Source of the DNA: the human T2T-CHM13v2.0 reference genome, Homo sapiens
Strand: one strand, 5' to 3'
NCBI RefSeq assembly: GCF_009914755.1
Contig: NC_060931.1
DNA length: 64,000 bases
Shown: piece after piece, positions 45,256 to 62,580 of the stretch
How the letters are laid out: each line of letters starts with the position of its first letter
Numbering within the stretch: position 1 is the stretch's first letter
Translations under genes and position numbers: made by a program
Notes under the pieces: generated by a model
Databases searched by the model: none
Seen by the model: the letters and a program-made list of their open reading frames with translations, nothing else
What the model was told of the DNA's origin: nothing

Positions 45256-46599
45256 CTTGGATTTAATTTATTCCTAATTCTCCCAACACATCATCCAATG
45301 CATTGCTCCCAAATTCTGAAATCGGGGACCCATCATATAAGGTGAGAGTTCTGACTTTCATTTTATAAACTTAGCACAGAAGTTTTGAAAGAAATATTGC
45401 CAGATGGCCCGAAGATACAGACTTCGCTGTTTCCTGCCAACTTCAGCCTAACCAGGTCCACTTCTAGGGCAAGCTTGGAAGTCTAGATTGATTGGCAGAT
45501 CCCTGGTACCGTTTCAGGACGGAGTCAAATCTCCAAATTGGTCTCCCAGGGAATTAGAGGTAATTTGGGGGAACAGTCTGCACTTCTTGGGCCTCCCTCG
45601 GCACAGATCAGCCTGAGCCAGAGGAAACTAACTGCCAACATTGGGAATTTCCCTTGTAAGATTGTAAGTCTGCCTCTTCATTTTTTGTGTTTTCTTGAAC
45701 ATGAAAATGGAGTCTGCCCCTTACTCCAAGAGGCTAGTAATGGGGTCTCGTAAGGATAATGATGCATTGAGAGAAGTAGTGTCTGAAATAATAAAGTATG
45801 TCTTAACAAATATTGGACAAGTCAATTATTTAAATTGTTCCAAGCTGGCAATAAGGAGCAGGATGTCTGAGGAGGAGGGTGGTACAATAGACACATTGGC
45901 TGATGGACTTTTTTGTAGGTGCATCAGTCAATGCTCCTAGGGCAAGATGTAAGAAAAAAGAAAACCAACATGAAGTTTCACGGAAATGTGGAGAAAAGAT
46001 TTCACCTTTAGGGTAAAGAGAGATGGAGGGAAAGGACTTCTCAGCACAGCCACAGCTCTGCTATACAGAGGAAGCAATGGATGTGGCTGGAGCCACAGCC
46101 TGGGACCCTCAGTCCCAGCGCTATGCCAAGTGTTGCACAAACTTGTGCTTATCATGGTTAGAAAGACCATATTTGGGTATTTATTGGGCTGCTATATGAA
46201 AACTATCTGACTAGAGCAGAACATTGAATTCTGCCCAGAGCATAGATTTAATGGGAAAAACACACTTGTTTATATTGTAAAGTCTTATCTGTTTCACTAT
46301 GATATATCTCATATTCTCATTAGTTACCATACTGGTTAACTAAAATCAAACTGTTTGTCTTTCTATTATGACTCCATTACTTACTGCTATGTGACCTTGA
46401 ACAAGTAATTGTATCTTTTATAATCCCTAGGTTTCTCCAGTGCAAAATGAGGCTATAACATAACCCATCTCATAGAGTTATCTTATGAAGATTCATTGAG
46501 ATAATCCATATGCCCAGCACACAGTACTTAATAAATAATAATTTCTTTATTTAAAATAATGTACTTGTACAGATATGTATTAAATATATTCAGCAATGA

Positions 46600-47430
46600 A
46601 CATTAAGAGATGTTAGATGTGGTAAATAGGAAACAATAACCCAGCACATGGTAACTGGTATTTCTGCAGAAGATTCAAGAACAAATAGAACTAAGCAGTA
46701 TTCATAGGTATGAATAGAAAACAAAACAAAACAAAAAACCTCCAGGGCTCAAGAAAAATCTGCATCTGCAGATTGAAAGAGTTCACCACATCTGAATAAA
46801 AATTAATGAAAATATCTGTAATGTAAACATATCTGGGATATTTTTGAGTTTCAGGAGTAAAGAAAAATTCAGGAAACCATTAAGTAAGGAGAAAAAAGTT
46901 TCCTACAAAAGAAGAAAGAGTCAAGTTAGATTTAACTCCATAAGATAAGCCTATGAATCAACAGCATTTTAGGAGAAATATTTGTGACTAATGAATTCTA
47001 AAGCATAGATGCAAAATCAGAAAGACATTCTCAAATTTGGAAGGACTTAAAAATATGTCATTTATATACAATACTGAAAATTTACTTACAGGCATTCTTT
47101 AGCCAAGAAAGAAATTAATAAAAACAACAACAACAAAAAGCAAGAAAGTAGAATTTACGGTATAAAAGGAAATCACTGTGAACATTGAAATCAGTTGTGT
47201 AGATTTAATTGAAAATTGTTGAATTTTCAATTAAATGCATAGAGACTGTAAAAGGAGATGTACAGTTGGTGAATTTTAAGGCATATAAATTGGTAAAACT
47301 TTTTTAAAATATCAAAAAGTAAAATATAATCTGTGTCGCAAAAGACAGAATGCAAAGGAAAGATCAAGCTACTAGACGAGATAGAAAACATAGAGCATGA
47401 TGACAAAATTAAAACCCATGGTTCACTTGT
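46600..47430 (+). mobile_element. Ancient L1/HAL1 ORF1-region relic
   Basis: A-rich sequence with 'ctgcagattgaaagagttcaccac' typical of old L1 ORF1. Heavily decayed. Confidence 0.5.
47203..47236. repeat. Perfect 15-bp AT-rich inverted repeat, 4-nt loop
   Basis: ATTTAATTGAAAATT-gttg-AATTTTCAATTAAAT. Confidence 0.95.
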
Positions 47431-48423
47431 GACATTTAGCTTAGGAATGTATTCAATGAGGACTGTAAATTAAAGTGGGTGCTATTCTTCTGTGTACTAA
47501 CCAAGTTGTACAGATCAAGTTGAGTAACAATAATTCAACAGAATGCTGTGTATTTGAGCAGACGTTAAACAGGGTGACTCAAGAGGTCTTCTACTACTAT
47601 TGGGCTTCTAGTATTTTTGCCTTATGTTCTGAAAAGTTTTTCTTCTCCATATTTCCATGTTATGCTATTCACTACATAAAGATCCAAAACTATTATCTCT
47701 TTATTGTACATGATATCCTTCATTAATATAAATAATGCCCTTTGCCCCATTTATTGTTTTGCCGTACATTCTCTTCAGATTCTTTCCTTCCTTCCTCCTT
47801 TCTTCCATCTTTCCTTCCTTCCTCTTTCCCTCCCTCACTCCCTCCCTCCCACACGCGTTATTAAATGTTTACTATGTATCAGGCACTGCACTAGTTCTGG
47901 ATATAAAGTTGTGAGTAAAACAGAGGTGGTTCCTGCTTTCATAGGACTTAAAAATCTAATGGCAACTTAGGATTGTGACTTCTGTTTTTATTATTTACCT
48001 GATGAATCTCTAATCATCCATTTACGTTCTACCAAAAACACTGTTGTAAATAAATAGTGGTAAGTTGATTTTGACTTTTAAAATATCCTGTTTATTTCAT
48101 TGATAGCTTGCTTTTGAGTGAAATATCACTGCTTCCACTGAAACAGAAGTATTGGAACGATAGGAGACACCAATCTGATTTAAAACTGCCAAATATTAGC
48201 ATAGAAATGCAAACCCTCATTCATCATTTGAATTAACCTTAGGAAAAATGGTGAGATGTACAGGAGTATATTTAGCTTCCCTTCCCTCTGTGTGCCCTTA
48301 ACACTCCATTTTGAGATCCCTGGATATCCCTTACCTCCCCATATAATCACTGTCTTACTATATTGTGGCTTCTCAGACCAATCCAGGCACATGGATGCAG
48401 AGGGAAATTTTGAATGTCTAAGG

Positions 48424-48750
48424 TAGTGGTTTTCAAAGTGTGCCCTCTGGACCAGCAGTATCTGCATCACCAGGAAATTTTGTTTGAAATGCAAATTCTC
48501 GGGCTCCATCCATGTCTACTGAATCAGAAACTCTGGGGATGTGGTCCAGCAATTTCTGTTGAAATTGCCTGACCAACATGGAGAAACCCCGTCTCTATTA
48601 AAAAAAACAAAATTAGCCAGGCGTGGTGGCGCATGCCTGTAATCCCACCCACTTGGGAGGGTGAGGCAAGAGAATCGCTTGAACCTGGTAGGTGGAGGTT
48701 GCTGTGAGCCAAGATGCTTTTGATACATGCTCAAGTTGGAAAACCACTGG
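48424..48750 (+). mobile_element. MER5A interrupted by an internal Alu fragment
   Basis: 'tagtggttttcaaagtgtg...ctactgaatcagaaactctgggg...' resumes as 'tgatacatgctcaagttggaaaaccactg'. Confidence 0.85.
48567..48715 (+). mobile_element. Internal AluSp fragment with no head, tail or TSD; copy of 50892-51040
   Basis: 149 bp with 12 mismatches to 50892-51040 and four shared non-consensus variants. Confidence 0.9.
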
Positions 48751-48751
48751 T

Positions 48752-48910
48752 CTGGTTACCCTCAAGCTTGGCTACACATTGGACTCACCTGGGGAGGCTT
48801 GCAAGTCGTTGATGCCTGGGTTCCATCTCCAAGGATGCTGGATTTAATTGTTCTAGAATGTGGCCTGAGCAGGGTTTTGAATGTGTGCTGCCAAGTTTGA
48901 GTACCACTGA
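48752..48910. mobile_element. MER5A1-like element
   Basis: 'ctcaagcttggctacacattggactcacctgggga...gatgcctgggttcca...aagtttgagtaccactg'. Confidence 0.65.
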
Positions 48911-49049
48911 CCTAGATCTTTACAGACTGTCACTCTCTGTATGCCCCATATCTGTTGAGAGTTTACGTACCCTATGTCCCATTCCCGTAAAGAAATGTAA
49001 AAAACAGTCAGCTCTGTTAATGATCTTATTATGCTAAGATGGTGTGCAA

Positions 49050-49400
49050 AGTACATGGCTGGGCTTTAAAGCCAAATGGTCTTGATTACCTTTCAGGGCT
49101 CTGGCACTCACCTGCTGTATGATTAGTCAGCAGGTTACTTCACCTCTTTATGGCTCATTTTTCTCATCTGCAAAATAATCAAAATGCCTATTGCATACTT
49201 GTTGCATGCCAGTCACTCTTAAAGGCCTTTAAATTACTTTACTGTTCACAGTAGTCCTGAGAGATAAGTACATTATTTGCCCCCATTTGCAGATGAAGAA
49301 ACTGAGGCGCCGTGAGGCGCTAATACATGGCAGAGCCAGGCTCAGGTCCAGGTAGTCTATTTCTACAGCTCATTTTCCTGGCCACCATGCCGTAACAGCC
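49050..49400. mobile_element. Two MIR fragments in opposite orientation
   Basis: 'ctcatttttctcatctgcaaaat' (+) then 'ccccatttgcagatgaagaaactgagg' (-). Confidence 0.6.
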
Positions 49401-49670
49401 TTGTCATCTGATACCAACAGTGACAACTCATGAGATTTTTGTCAGAATCGTTAGTCATTTAATTCCTATGCCTTTAGCTTCCCCCATCTTTCCTCCTATG
49501 AATTATGCATGTTTTAGTATTTGTTCTTAAGGAGACATCTTCTTAGCACAGTGACTCTGATGTGGAGGTTTCAGATAGTGTAAGTACAAACTATAGGTAG
49601 GGTCTTGGGCCACAAGGACCGTCAGTGCCTCTCACAAATTAGTGACTTCCTACTCTGCTTAAACATAGGC

Positions 49671-50014
49671 TGACCTTGTTAATCATTAAACTTGATTTTT
49701 AACAAGCCACATAGTAATTGGTTCCTGCCAGCGTACTTCCTTTAACCAGATATGCAAACAGGCCAGCATTTCAAGATCTTCGGTTTAACAAGTTTTGCCC
49801 TGAGATATTAGCATTTCATTAGCATTTACAGATTGAATACACAACACCTGGCTTCTCTTTCAAGGTGATCCTATAAAGGAGCTGGTCTTTTCTCCTAAGG
49901 AGCAACATTTTTAATTGACTTGATTTCTAGAGGGAAAAATGCAGCTCTCAGTAAGGACCTTGTTGTAAGTTTGCTACTCTTTTTTTTAACAGTATTTGAA
50001 ATTTAAAGGTAAGA
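49671..50014 (+). promoter_or_regulatory. Candidate HNF1/NR5A-ESRR/FOXA enhancer or TATA promoter with downstream splice donor
   Basis: TGACCTTG 49671-49678, GTTAATCATTAAA 49678-49690, TATGCAAACA 49751-49760, TATAAAG 49872-49878, AAG|GTAAGA 50006-50014. Motif evidence only. Confidence 0.4.
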
Positions 50015-50602
50015 TTGTAGGAATTGCTTATCCTTTTTTTAAAAGCTGCAAATTAATAAGAAAGAAATAGTGCTTTTTTCTTCCTTTGCCTTGTTAGGGG
50101 GAGTGAAGAAGGTCTTATGAATTCTCATTAAAGGTTAATTTTGAATCTTGAATGTCAATGGAGCTTGCTTCTTATATGCCTTGTGGAATTATTTTAAAGA
50201 ATGTAATCAGTTGTCTGACCTCTAGCAGTGGCCTTCCCTCAGCTCTCAAGAGAATATCTTGTGAATCCTGAAAGTTTAGTGTACCTGACTATTAGCCGCC
50301 TGGTTTTTTACCTTTTCCACCTGCAACCTGTATGATGGGAGAAGTAGAAATGAGGGAAATTTTGAATAATTGGAGCAGGATGAGTGGAGAGAATAAGTTA
50401 AACAGGGGACAATAATGGTGACAAAGGATATTAAATAACACCAACTACTGGGGGTGCTGAGTATGGGAGAAGTGGAAGAGCTAGGGAGTAAGCATGTTAG
50501 AAAATGTTATTAATTCCAAAAATTGAGAGATTAAATAAAAGGTTTAAGAATTAAAGAAAGATAAAAGACTAGACAGACAGCAAAGGAAAAAGAGAATAAT
50601 TA

Positions 50603-51112
<510 letters not shown>

Positions 51113-51382
51113 AAGAATGAATATATCAAAAGAGGGGCTGTCCAGAAATGTCATATATAAATAGAGGAATCAGCAAGGAGGACTTAAGCAAGAACCATCC
51201 AAATCCTGCCCAGAAGAAGGAAGTTTTTGGCATTAGAAAGGTAAGGAGCAATCAGGAAATTAAATTTTACTTATATTTTACAGTAAGGAATCCTATGGAT
51301 TCCCCAATCCGAAGAAATTGGCCTCACGTTTTTTATGTGCCTTAACCTTTACTCTCCCACCTGGAATGGCCCATTTGAGAAC

Positions 51383-51418
51383 CTGGTGTGGTGACTCACG
51401 CCTGTAATCCCAGCATTT
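51383..51418 (+). mobile_element. Isolated ~35-bp Alu 5' fragment
   Basis: 'ggtgtggtgactcacgcctgtaatcccagca' followed by unique sequence. Confidence 0.75.
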
Positions 51419-51919
51419 CATTATATCTAGGGTCCTAAATCAAGAGGAACAAAGCAGAAGTTAAGATCTGAATAGTTTATCAGGACTTGGTAGCCCAATA
51501 CCATTAAACATTTGTATTTTGTAACAATTCTTGTTGCCTTGTTTCTCTGCCCATCCTGTAAACTTCTCAAAAGGATTTGTCTTCCCATGTAGATTACCTT
51601 CAAGGATAAAATGCACTAGTCTTGGCAATACAATTATTATGGTCCTCATGGCATTTATAATTCTTATTGTAAATTAATATATGGCATTCTGATATCTATG
51701 AGCAGAGTTAATGAGAAGCTGTCCTAAAGATGTGGCCCTATTTATGTGCTGACAGACTGGTTTTAAGCTAAGTCTGCAAAGCTGAAGGCTGGACTTGGCA
51801 CCAGAGTAAAATCACCAAGATAATGATTGCCTCTCTAGAAGGCATCTTGGTATGCAGCCAATCTGTCTCTCTTGGTGACACCTGAGTTCCCTGAGAGCAT
51901 GGGTATTCATCACTTGTGC

Positions 51920-51993
51920 ATGCATTCACTCAGTCAATCATTCATTCACTTACTCATGGCAATTTATTTATTCATTCATTCATTCATTCATTC
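51920..51993 (+). repeat. (TTCA)n degenerate repeat
   Basis: Visible run; probably an expanded L2 tail. Confidence 0.75.
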
Positions 51994-53406
51994 AAGAAGT
52001 ATAATGAGTTTTACTTTAAGGCTAGAATAAACTAAGGTAACTGCACTTTCTTATCTATATTATAATGTGTGGACTATAAATGTTTCTAAGTAGAAAACGA
52101 ATGCATCAAATGTCACATTTTCTTCTTTTAATATGGAAGTATGTTTTTAAATACTTATTTTTAAAGGTCTGAAAAAAGAAAGCACTTCCAAAATGGTGGA
52201 GAAAGGGCCTCCAATAATTGCTCTCCATAAAAGCAATGAAAACATTGGCAAAAAAAAAAAATCATCAAAATCAATTTTTTGAGAGCTCTGGAAATTAACC
52301 AAAGGCTTACAAAAATGTAAGAAGCGTTTATTCAAGAAATATCGGTAAGAACGGTGAGCTTTGTGGCATTTTTACTTGTCCTATTCCCATCCTCCTCCCC
52401 CAGCTCCGTGGTAGCCTTGAATACTAGCTGATTCACAATGATGGTAATTGTAAACCAAACAAACAAAAAACAGCAGCCTAACAGCCACTGGAGTGGACAT
52501 AACAGGTTTGGAACTTTTCAAAAAGTCCCATTCCCAGGGCATTGTCATTATTTGACATATTTCACAGTTCCCTAAAAAGCTCCATTCACAGGGAATTGTC
52601 ATTATCTGACCTGACTTGGAGCTCATTCTGTAGGAAAAACACTATACCTAGGGAGTTTGTTGAAGACAATCTTTGGTGATTGTTTAATACCACAGTTGCC
52701 TGAGATTCCAATAACAACTGGGGTAAACAAGAGCCTGATTAAAAGAGCCTGGCTAAAAACCTAAAAGGAAGATGAGAGGAACAAGATGTCCACAGGGGTT
52801 TAGAAAGTTCTTCCATCCCTAAGGCTCTAGAAAGTCACGTGTGTATTCAAGGCTGTGATCTTGCCCAGGAGACACCAGAAAATGCCCTAATTTCTCACCT
52901 CTGTCTAACCTTGAGTCTCTGCAAAAGCAGGAAGTAAAAGCACTAAGGCAGAATTGTAAACTGTGGAACATTGCAAATGTGCCCTGATATACGTGTAGGA
53001 CCTCTTGGCAAAGAATGGGAGACTGTTGATTGAAGAAAGTTTAGAAAATTTTTGTTCAATCATTAGCTGACCTTCAAAGAGATTTCCATGGGTGTAAATA
53101 ACCTAGAATGCAGATTATTTCAAGAAAGCCACTAAATAAAAACAACAAAAACACAAAAGAGCACCAACTAAAAACCCTGGGTGGGAGTGGGGGTGGGGAA
53201 GGATCTGATTTTTAAAGCTGCCACATTGTATCACCTAAAATGTCCACCTTTCAACAAAAAATTACAAGACACACAAAGAAACAGGTAAGTCTGGCCCATA
53301 CACAGAAGAAAAGCAGTTAATAGAAACTATACCAGAGGAAGCCAAAATGTTGGACCAATTAGACAAAGACTTTAAATCAGCTATTACAAATATGTTCAGA
53401 GAACTA

Positions 53407-53742
<336 letters not shown>

Positions 53743-54103
53743 TCAAGAGCAGATTTGAGCTGACAGAAGAAAGAACCAGCAAAACTGGAGGAATTTCATT
53801 CAGGATTATCTAGTCTGTAAAACAAAGAAAAAAGAATAAATAGAAATTATGAAAGTCTCAGAGACTTGTGGACATCATCAAGCATACCAATATATGCATA
53901 ATGGTACTCTCAGAATGAGAGGTGTGCAGGTAGAGAGAAAAGGGCAGCAAGAATACTTGAAGACATTTTGGCCAAAAATTTCCTAAATTTGATGAAAAAC
54001 ATCTATCTAGACAGCCAAGAAGCTTAATGACCTCCAAGTAGGATAAACTCAGAAGTCCACAACTACGTACATTAGAGTCAAACTATTGAAAGACAAAGAG
54101 AAA

Positions 54104-54648
54104 TTTTTTTTAACTTTTAGGTTCGGGGTACATGTGCAGGTTTGCCATATAGGTAAATTGTGTGTGATGGGTTTGGTGTACAGATTATTTCATCACCCAG
54201 CTAATAAGCATAGTACCTGATAAGTAGTTTTTCTATCCTCCTCCTCCTCCCACCTTCCACCCTCAAGTAGGCCCCAGTGTCTTTTATTCACTTCTTTGTG
54301 TCCATATGTACTCAATGTTTAGCTCCCACTTATAAGTGAGAACATGTGGTATTTGGTGTTCTTGTGTTAGTTTTCTTAGCATAATGGCTTCCAGGTCCAT
54401 CCATGTTGCTTCAAAGGACATGATCTCACTCCTTTTTATGGCTGCCTAGTATTCCATGGGGTATATGTACCACATTTTCTTTATCCAATCCACTGTTGAT
54501 AGGCACCTAGATTGATTCCATGTCTTTGTTATTGTGAATAGTGCTACAGTGAGCATACACATGCATATGTCTTTATGGTATAATGATTTATATTCCTTTG
54601 GGTGTATACCCAATAATAGGATTGCTGAGTCAAAGGTAATTCTGTTTT
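54104..54648 (-). mobile_element. L1PA15/16-like 3' end
   Basis: Antisense 'ggggtacatgtgcaggtttg...ggtgtacagattatttcatcaccc...ctcaagtaggccccagtgtc'. Confidence 0.85.
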
Positions 54649-56491
54649 AAGAGAGAATCTTGAAAGTGGCAAGAGAGAAACAACTTATCATGTAAAAGGG
54701 ATCCTCAATAAGATATACAGCTGACTTTTCACCAGAAATTGTTAAGTCCAGAAGGCAGTGGAATGGCGTATTCAAAGTGCTGAAAAGAAGGTCAAACCAA
54801 TCTTTCCCAACCTCTCTAAATAGTAAAAAACGAACACTTCCCAACTTACTCTATGAGACTAGTATTATCTTGATACAAAATCAGACAAAGACGTAACAAG
54901 AAATTAAAAACCAATATCTTTTTAAATATAGACACAAAATCCTCAAGAAAATGCTAGCAACCTGAATCCAGCCACATGTAAAATGAATTATAATCCATGA
55001 ACAAGTGGCACTTATCCCAGATATAAGTTTGCTTGACATCTGAAAGTCAATGTAATATATTAATAGAGTAATGGACAAAAAACATGATTACTTTCATAGA
55101 TGCAGGAATAGCATTTGACAAAATATAACCCCCTTTTATGGTGGAAAAAAAAAGTGTTCAACAAACTAGAAATAGAAGGGAATTTCCTCAAACTGATAAA
55201 AGACATCTATGAAAAGTCCACAGCTAGCATTATCCTAATAGTGAAAGACAATACTTTCCTCTTAAGATCCGAAACAAGAATGTCTGCTTCAATTACCACT
55301 CTTCAATATCGTACCAGAGGTTCTAGCCAAGGCAATTTTGTAAGACAAAGAAATAGAAGGCATTGAGATTGGAAAGGAAGAAGTAAAACTATCTATTTGC
55401 AGATGACATGTCCTTCCATATAGAAAACCCTAAGAAATCCACACACATACAAAACTATTAGAGCAAATAAATAAGTTTAGCAAGGCTACAGGATACAAAA
55501 TCAATATACAACAATCAATTGTATTTCTGTACACTAGTAATGACCAATATGAAAAGGAAATTAAGAAAACAATCCCATTTACAATAGCATCAAAAATAAT
55601 AAAATATTCAGAAATACATTCAATGAAAAGTACACAACTTGCAGACCGAAAACTACAAGACATTGTCAAAATAAATTAAAAGACTAAATAATTGGAAAGG
55701 CAATTCATGTGTATAGACCAGACGACATAATATGAAGATGGCAATGCTTCCTTAAATAACCTACAGACTCAGTGCAACCCCTATCCAAACCTCCAGTGGT
55801 TCCTTTGTGGAAATCAACAAGTTGATTCTAAAATTTCTATAAAAGTATAAGAGGTTCAAAATAATAAAAAGTTTTGAAGAAGAAGAACAGTTGGGGAATT
55901 CACACTTCCCAATTGCAAAACTTACTACAAAGCTACATTATTTAAGACAGTGTGGTTCTGACATAAGGATAGACATATATATCAAGGAATAGGATTGAGA
56001 GTCCAGAAATATATGTACACATCTATAGTTAATTTATTTTCAACAGGGATGTCAAGGCCATTCTATAGAGAAAGAAAAAATAGTCTTTTCAACAAATGGT
56101 ACTGGAATGACTGGATAGTCATATGTAAAAGAATGAAGTTGGGCCACCTACCTCATACCATATATAAAAATCAACTCACCATCAATTACACACCTAAACG
56201 TTAGAATTAAAACCATAAAACTGCCAGAAAAAATGTGTTAGTAAATCTTCCTGATCTTGGGTAATGCTTTCTTTAATATGACACCAAAATCACAAACAAC
56301 AACAAAAATAAATAAATTGGATTTCATCAAAGTTAAAATTAAAACTTTTTGTGCATCAGAGGACATTAAGAAAAATGAAAAGACAACCCACAGAATGAGA
56401 GAAAATATCATATATCTGTTAAGGGTCTAGTATGCAGAACATATAAAGGACATTTACAACTCAGCAATAAAAAGACTAACAACCCAATTTA

Positions 56492-59289
<2,798 letters not shown>

Positions 59290-59745
59290 TAACAACCCAA
59301 TTTAAAAATGAGCATAGGATCTGAACAGAGATTTCTTCAAGAAAGATATACAAATGGCCAATAAGCATATGGCAAGATGGTCAGCATCATTAGTCATCAG
59401 TGAAATGGAAATGAAAACAATGAGATACCACTTCATACCCACTAGGATGGCTAGAATCAAAAAGTCAGAAAATAATAAATAATGTTGAGGTTGCAGAGAA
59501 ATTGGAAACCTCATACCTTGCTGGTCGTAATGTAAGATGATGAAGCAAGTTTAGAAAATAGTCTGGCAGTTTCTCCAACAATGAAACATAAAGTTACCAT
59601 ATGACCTAGCAGTTCCACTCCTAGGTAGGTCCTAAAGAGAAATGAAAACATATCACACAAAAACATATGCATGAAGATCCATAATAACCACAAAGTAAAA
59701 AAAAAAATTATGTTCATCAATGAATAATGAATAAACAAAATGTCA

Positions 59746-60069
<324 letters not shown>

Positions 60070-60484
60070 TCAGTAATAAAAAGGAATGAAGTACTGCTGT
60101 GTGCTACAACATGAATGAATATTGAAAATATTGTGCTGAGTGAAAGAAGCTAGTCACAAAAGACCACATATGGTATGATTCCATGTGTATGAAATTTGTA
60201 CAAAATGGATCCCTAGAGACAGAAGATAAATTAATGATTGCTAGGAGTTTGAGGGTAGGAGGAGTGGGAAATGACTATTAATGGGATGGATTTCTTGGGA
60301 GGCTGATGAGAAGGTTCTAAAATTATATAGTAGCAATGGCTATACAACTCTCTGAATATACTAAAAAATGTTAATTTGTACACTTTAAAAGAATGAATTG
60401 CTTAGTATGTGAATTATGTTTTAATACAACTGTTCTTTAAAACTCTACTTCAACATTTTGGCAAGACTGAAAGACTACCTAGCG

Positions 60485-60645
60485 TAGTGGTTCTTGACTT
60501 TACTGTACATCAGATCACTTGCAGAATTTCATTAAAATGCATGCTCTGATTCAATAAGTCTGAGTGCAGCCTGAGATTCATCATTTCTAACAAGCTCCCA
60601 GGTTGCATCTGTGCCTCTGGTCCTCAAATGAACAGACTGGAGTAA
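60485..60645 (-). mobile_element. MER5A-like fragment
   Basis: 'tagtggttct...catcagatcac...tctgattcaataagtctg...catttctaacaagctcccagg'. Confidence 0.7.
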
Positions 60646-60999
60646 AAAGGTCTGAAAAGATAACCTCAGAAATATTAATTAATGGTGGTATAATTTAGGT
60701 AATTTTAATTATCTTTTGTATACCCTTCTAGGTTTCCTGATTCTTTAAAAAATTTTTTCATACTCATAAAGAGATAAATAGCCATTTCTAAAAAAAGTAA
60801 AAGAAATCCTCTTTGAGCATGTTTTATTTATTTTAGGGTAGTGGTAGTTTTCTTGCCTACATTTCCATCAGGAGAATTAATTTTTGTAACAAAACTATGG
60901 ATGAAAATGTAAATATATACACATCATTATTGATTTTATATTTCCTTTTTAAACATTCTGGTTAGCATTAATAAGGCAGTTGACATTAGTTTGTTATAA

Positions 61000-61307
<308 letters not shown>

Positions 61308-62204
61308 TGCTAGTCGTCATTTTCTAAGAACCCAAGCTACCGTATGCTGTAACTTGTTCTTGCCCAATGAGCTTATTGTATACCACAACTATCCAACATC
61401 TAGTATACGCTTCATTGGCATGACAGACACAGAGGAGGAGGGATTCTAATGGTCAGTTTACAAAATCTTAGAATTATTTCATTTGGTGTTAGATAGCTTA
61501 CTAATTAACAAGGCTCTTTTTAACACAATTAACAAACAAGGAACATGTAAAAAATTAAATCTAACTTTTTCCTGAATACTGTGTCCACAGTCAGTTAAAA
61601 AGGCTGACCTGTGATTTGTCAGTTTGGAGCAGTTAGGTAATAATTGCAGTAGCAAGATCCTCCTGTTTGCTCACACACTTCCCAATTCTTTTAGTACATT
61701 CAGTGACTTACCTGTGTGCTCCAGCCAGTCTGCCACTTAGTGTCACTTGTATCATTACAGGCAATAATTTATTTTCTGAAATTGGCAGCCAGTTTCTTTG
61801 CCACCTTCTCCCAGACTTTCTCCTCCACTCCTACCCCAGAGACACTCTCCATAATTTTATGTATTTGGTTATCAGAAGGACCCACTGACTGACAGGAGAA
61901 GCAGGAGTTAGGAGAGGTAGGAGTAATTGTGCGACAGGTGGAAGAAATAAATTGCCTGCCACTGAGATACTGGCTTTCTCATGCATTTTTCTGTCTCAAT
62001 TTCTGCTCTGTCCCAAACATTCAATACTTTATGCAAATAAATTTCCTCAGCCTAGATTTTTCTAGGACACCAGGTAATTTCATATAAAGGACTAAGTCAC
62101 AATGCTATTTATTCTTTATTTTCTAACGTTTATGATGTTCAGCTAGTTTTATTTAGACTTTGCAACACTCTCAAAAAATAAAACTTTCCTTTTTATGAAT
62201 GTGC

Positions 62205-62580
62205 ACTTATTAGTAAAGACTATTTTGGTTATAAATGATAGAAATAGGCAAGTAAACCTAAGTCCAAAAAGGGAAATCTCGGGTCATCTCACTGGTACCA
62301 ATGGCAAAAAGGCAGGTGGGACTGAGGGAAGGACGCTTTGGAAGATCACCCAGACAGCTCCTCTTCATCCTGCCCACTCTGTAGAGCAGCTATCCCTGGC
62401 CTTGGGTTCACATGGTGGAAAAGATGGCCACTCTATTGCTTTGGAGGTTATGTGTGACAGGTTTAGCCACACTAAGAGGGACCAACTGTCTTGTACCTAT
62501 TCTAGATTCTTAGGAAAGAGAGTTAGGCAAGTTCTCTTCAGTTGCCTGCCTTATGTTAGGACCATAATGTACAAATGGTT
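62205..62580 (-). mobile_element. Ancient MLT1-type LTR relic
   Basis: 'tattagtaaagactattttggttataaatgatagaaa...' and 'catggtggaaaagatggcc' resemble antisense MLT1K/L. Confidence 0.4.

Noticed and set aside
52520-52620. ~55-bp direct repeat (cattgtcattatttgac / aattgtcattatctgac)
   Set aside because: Lies in the old L1 5' region, where such subunit repeats are probably part of the element itself.
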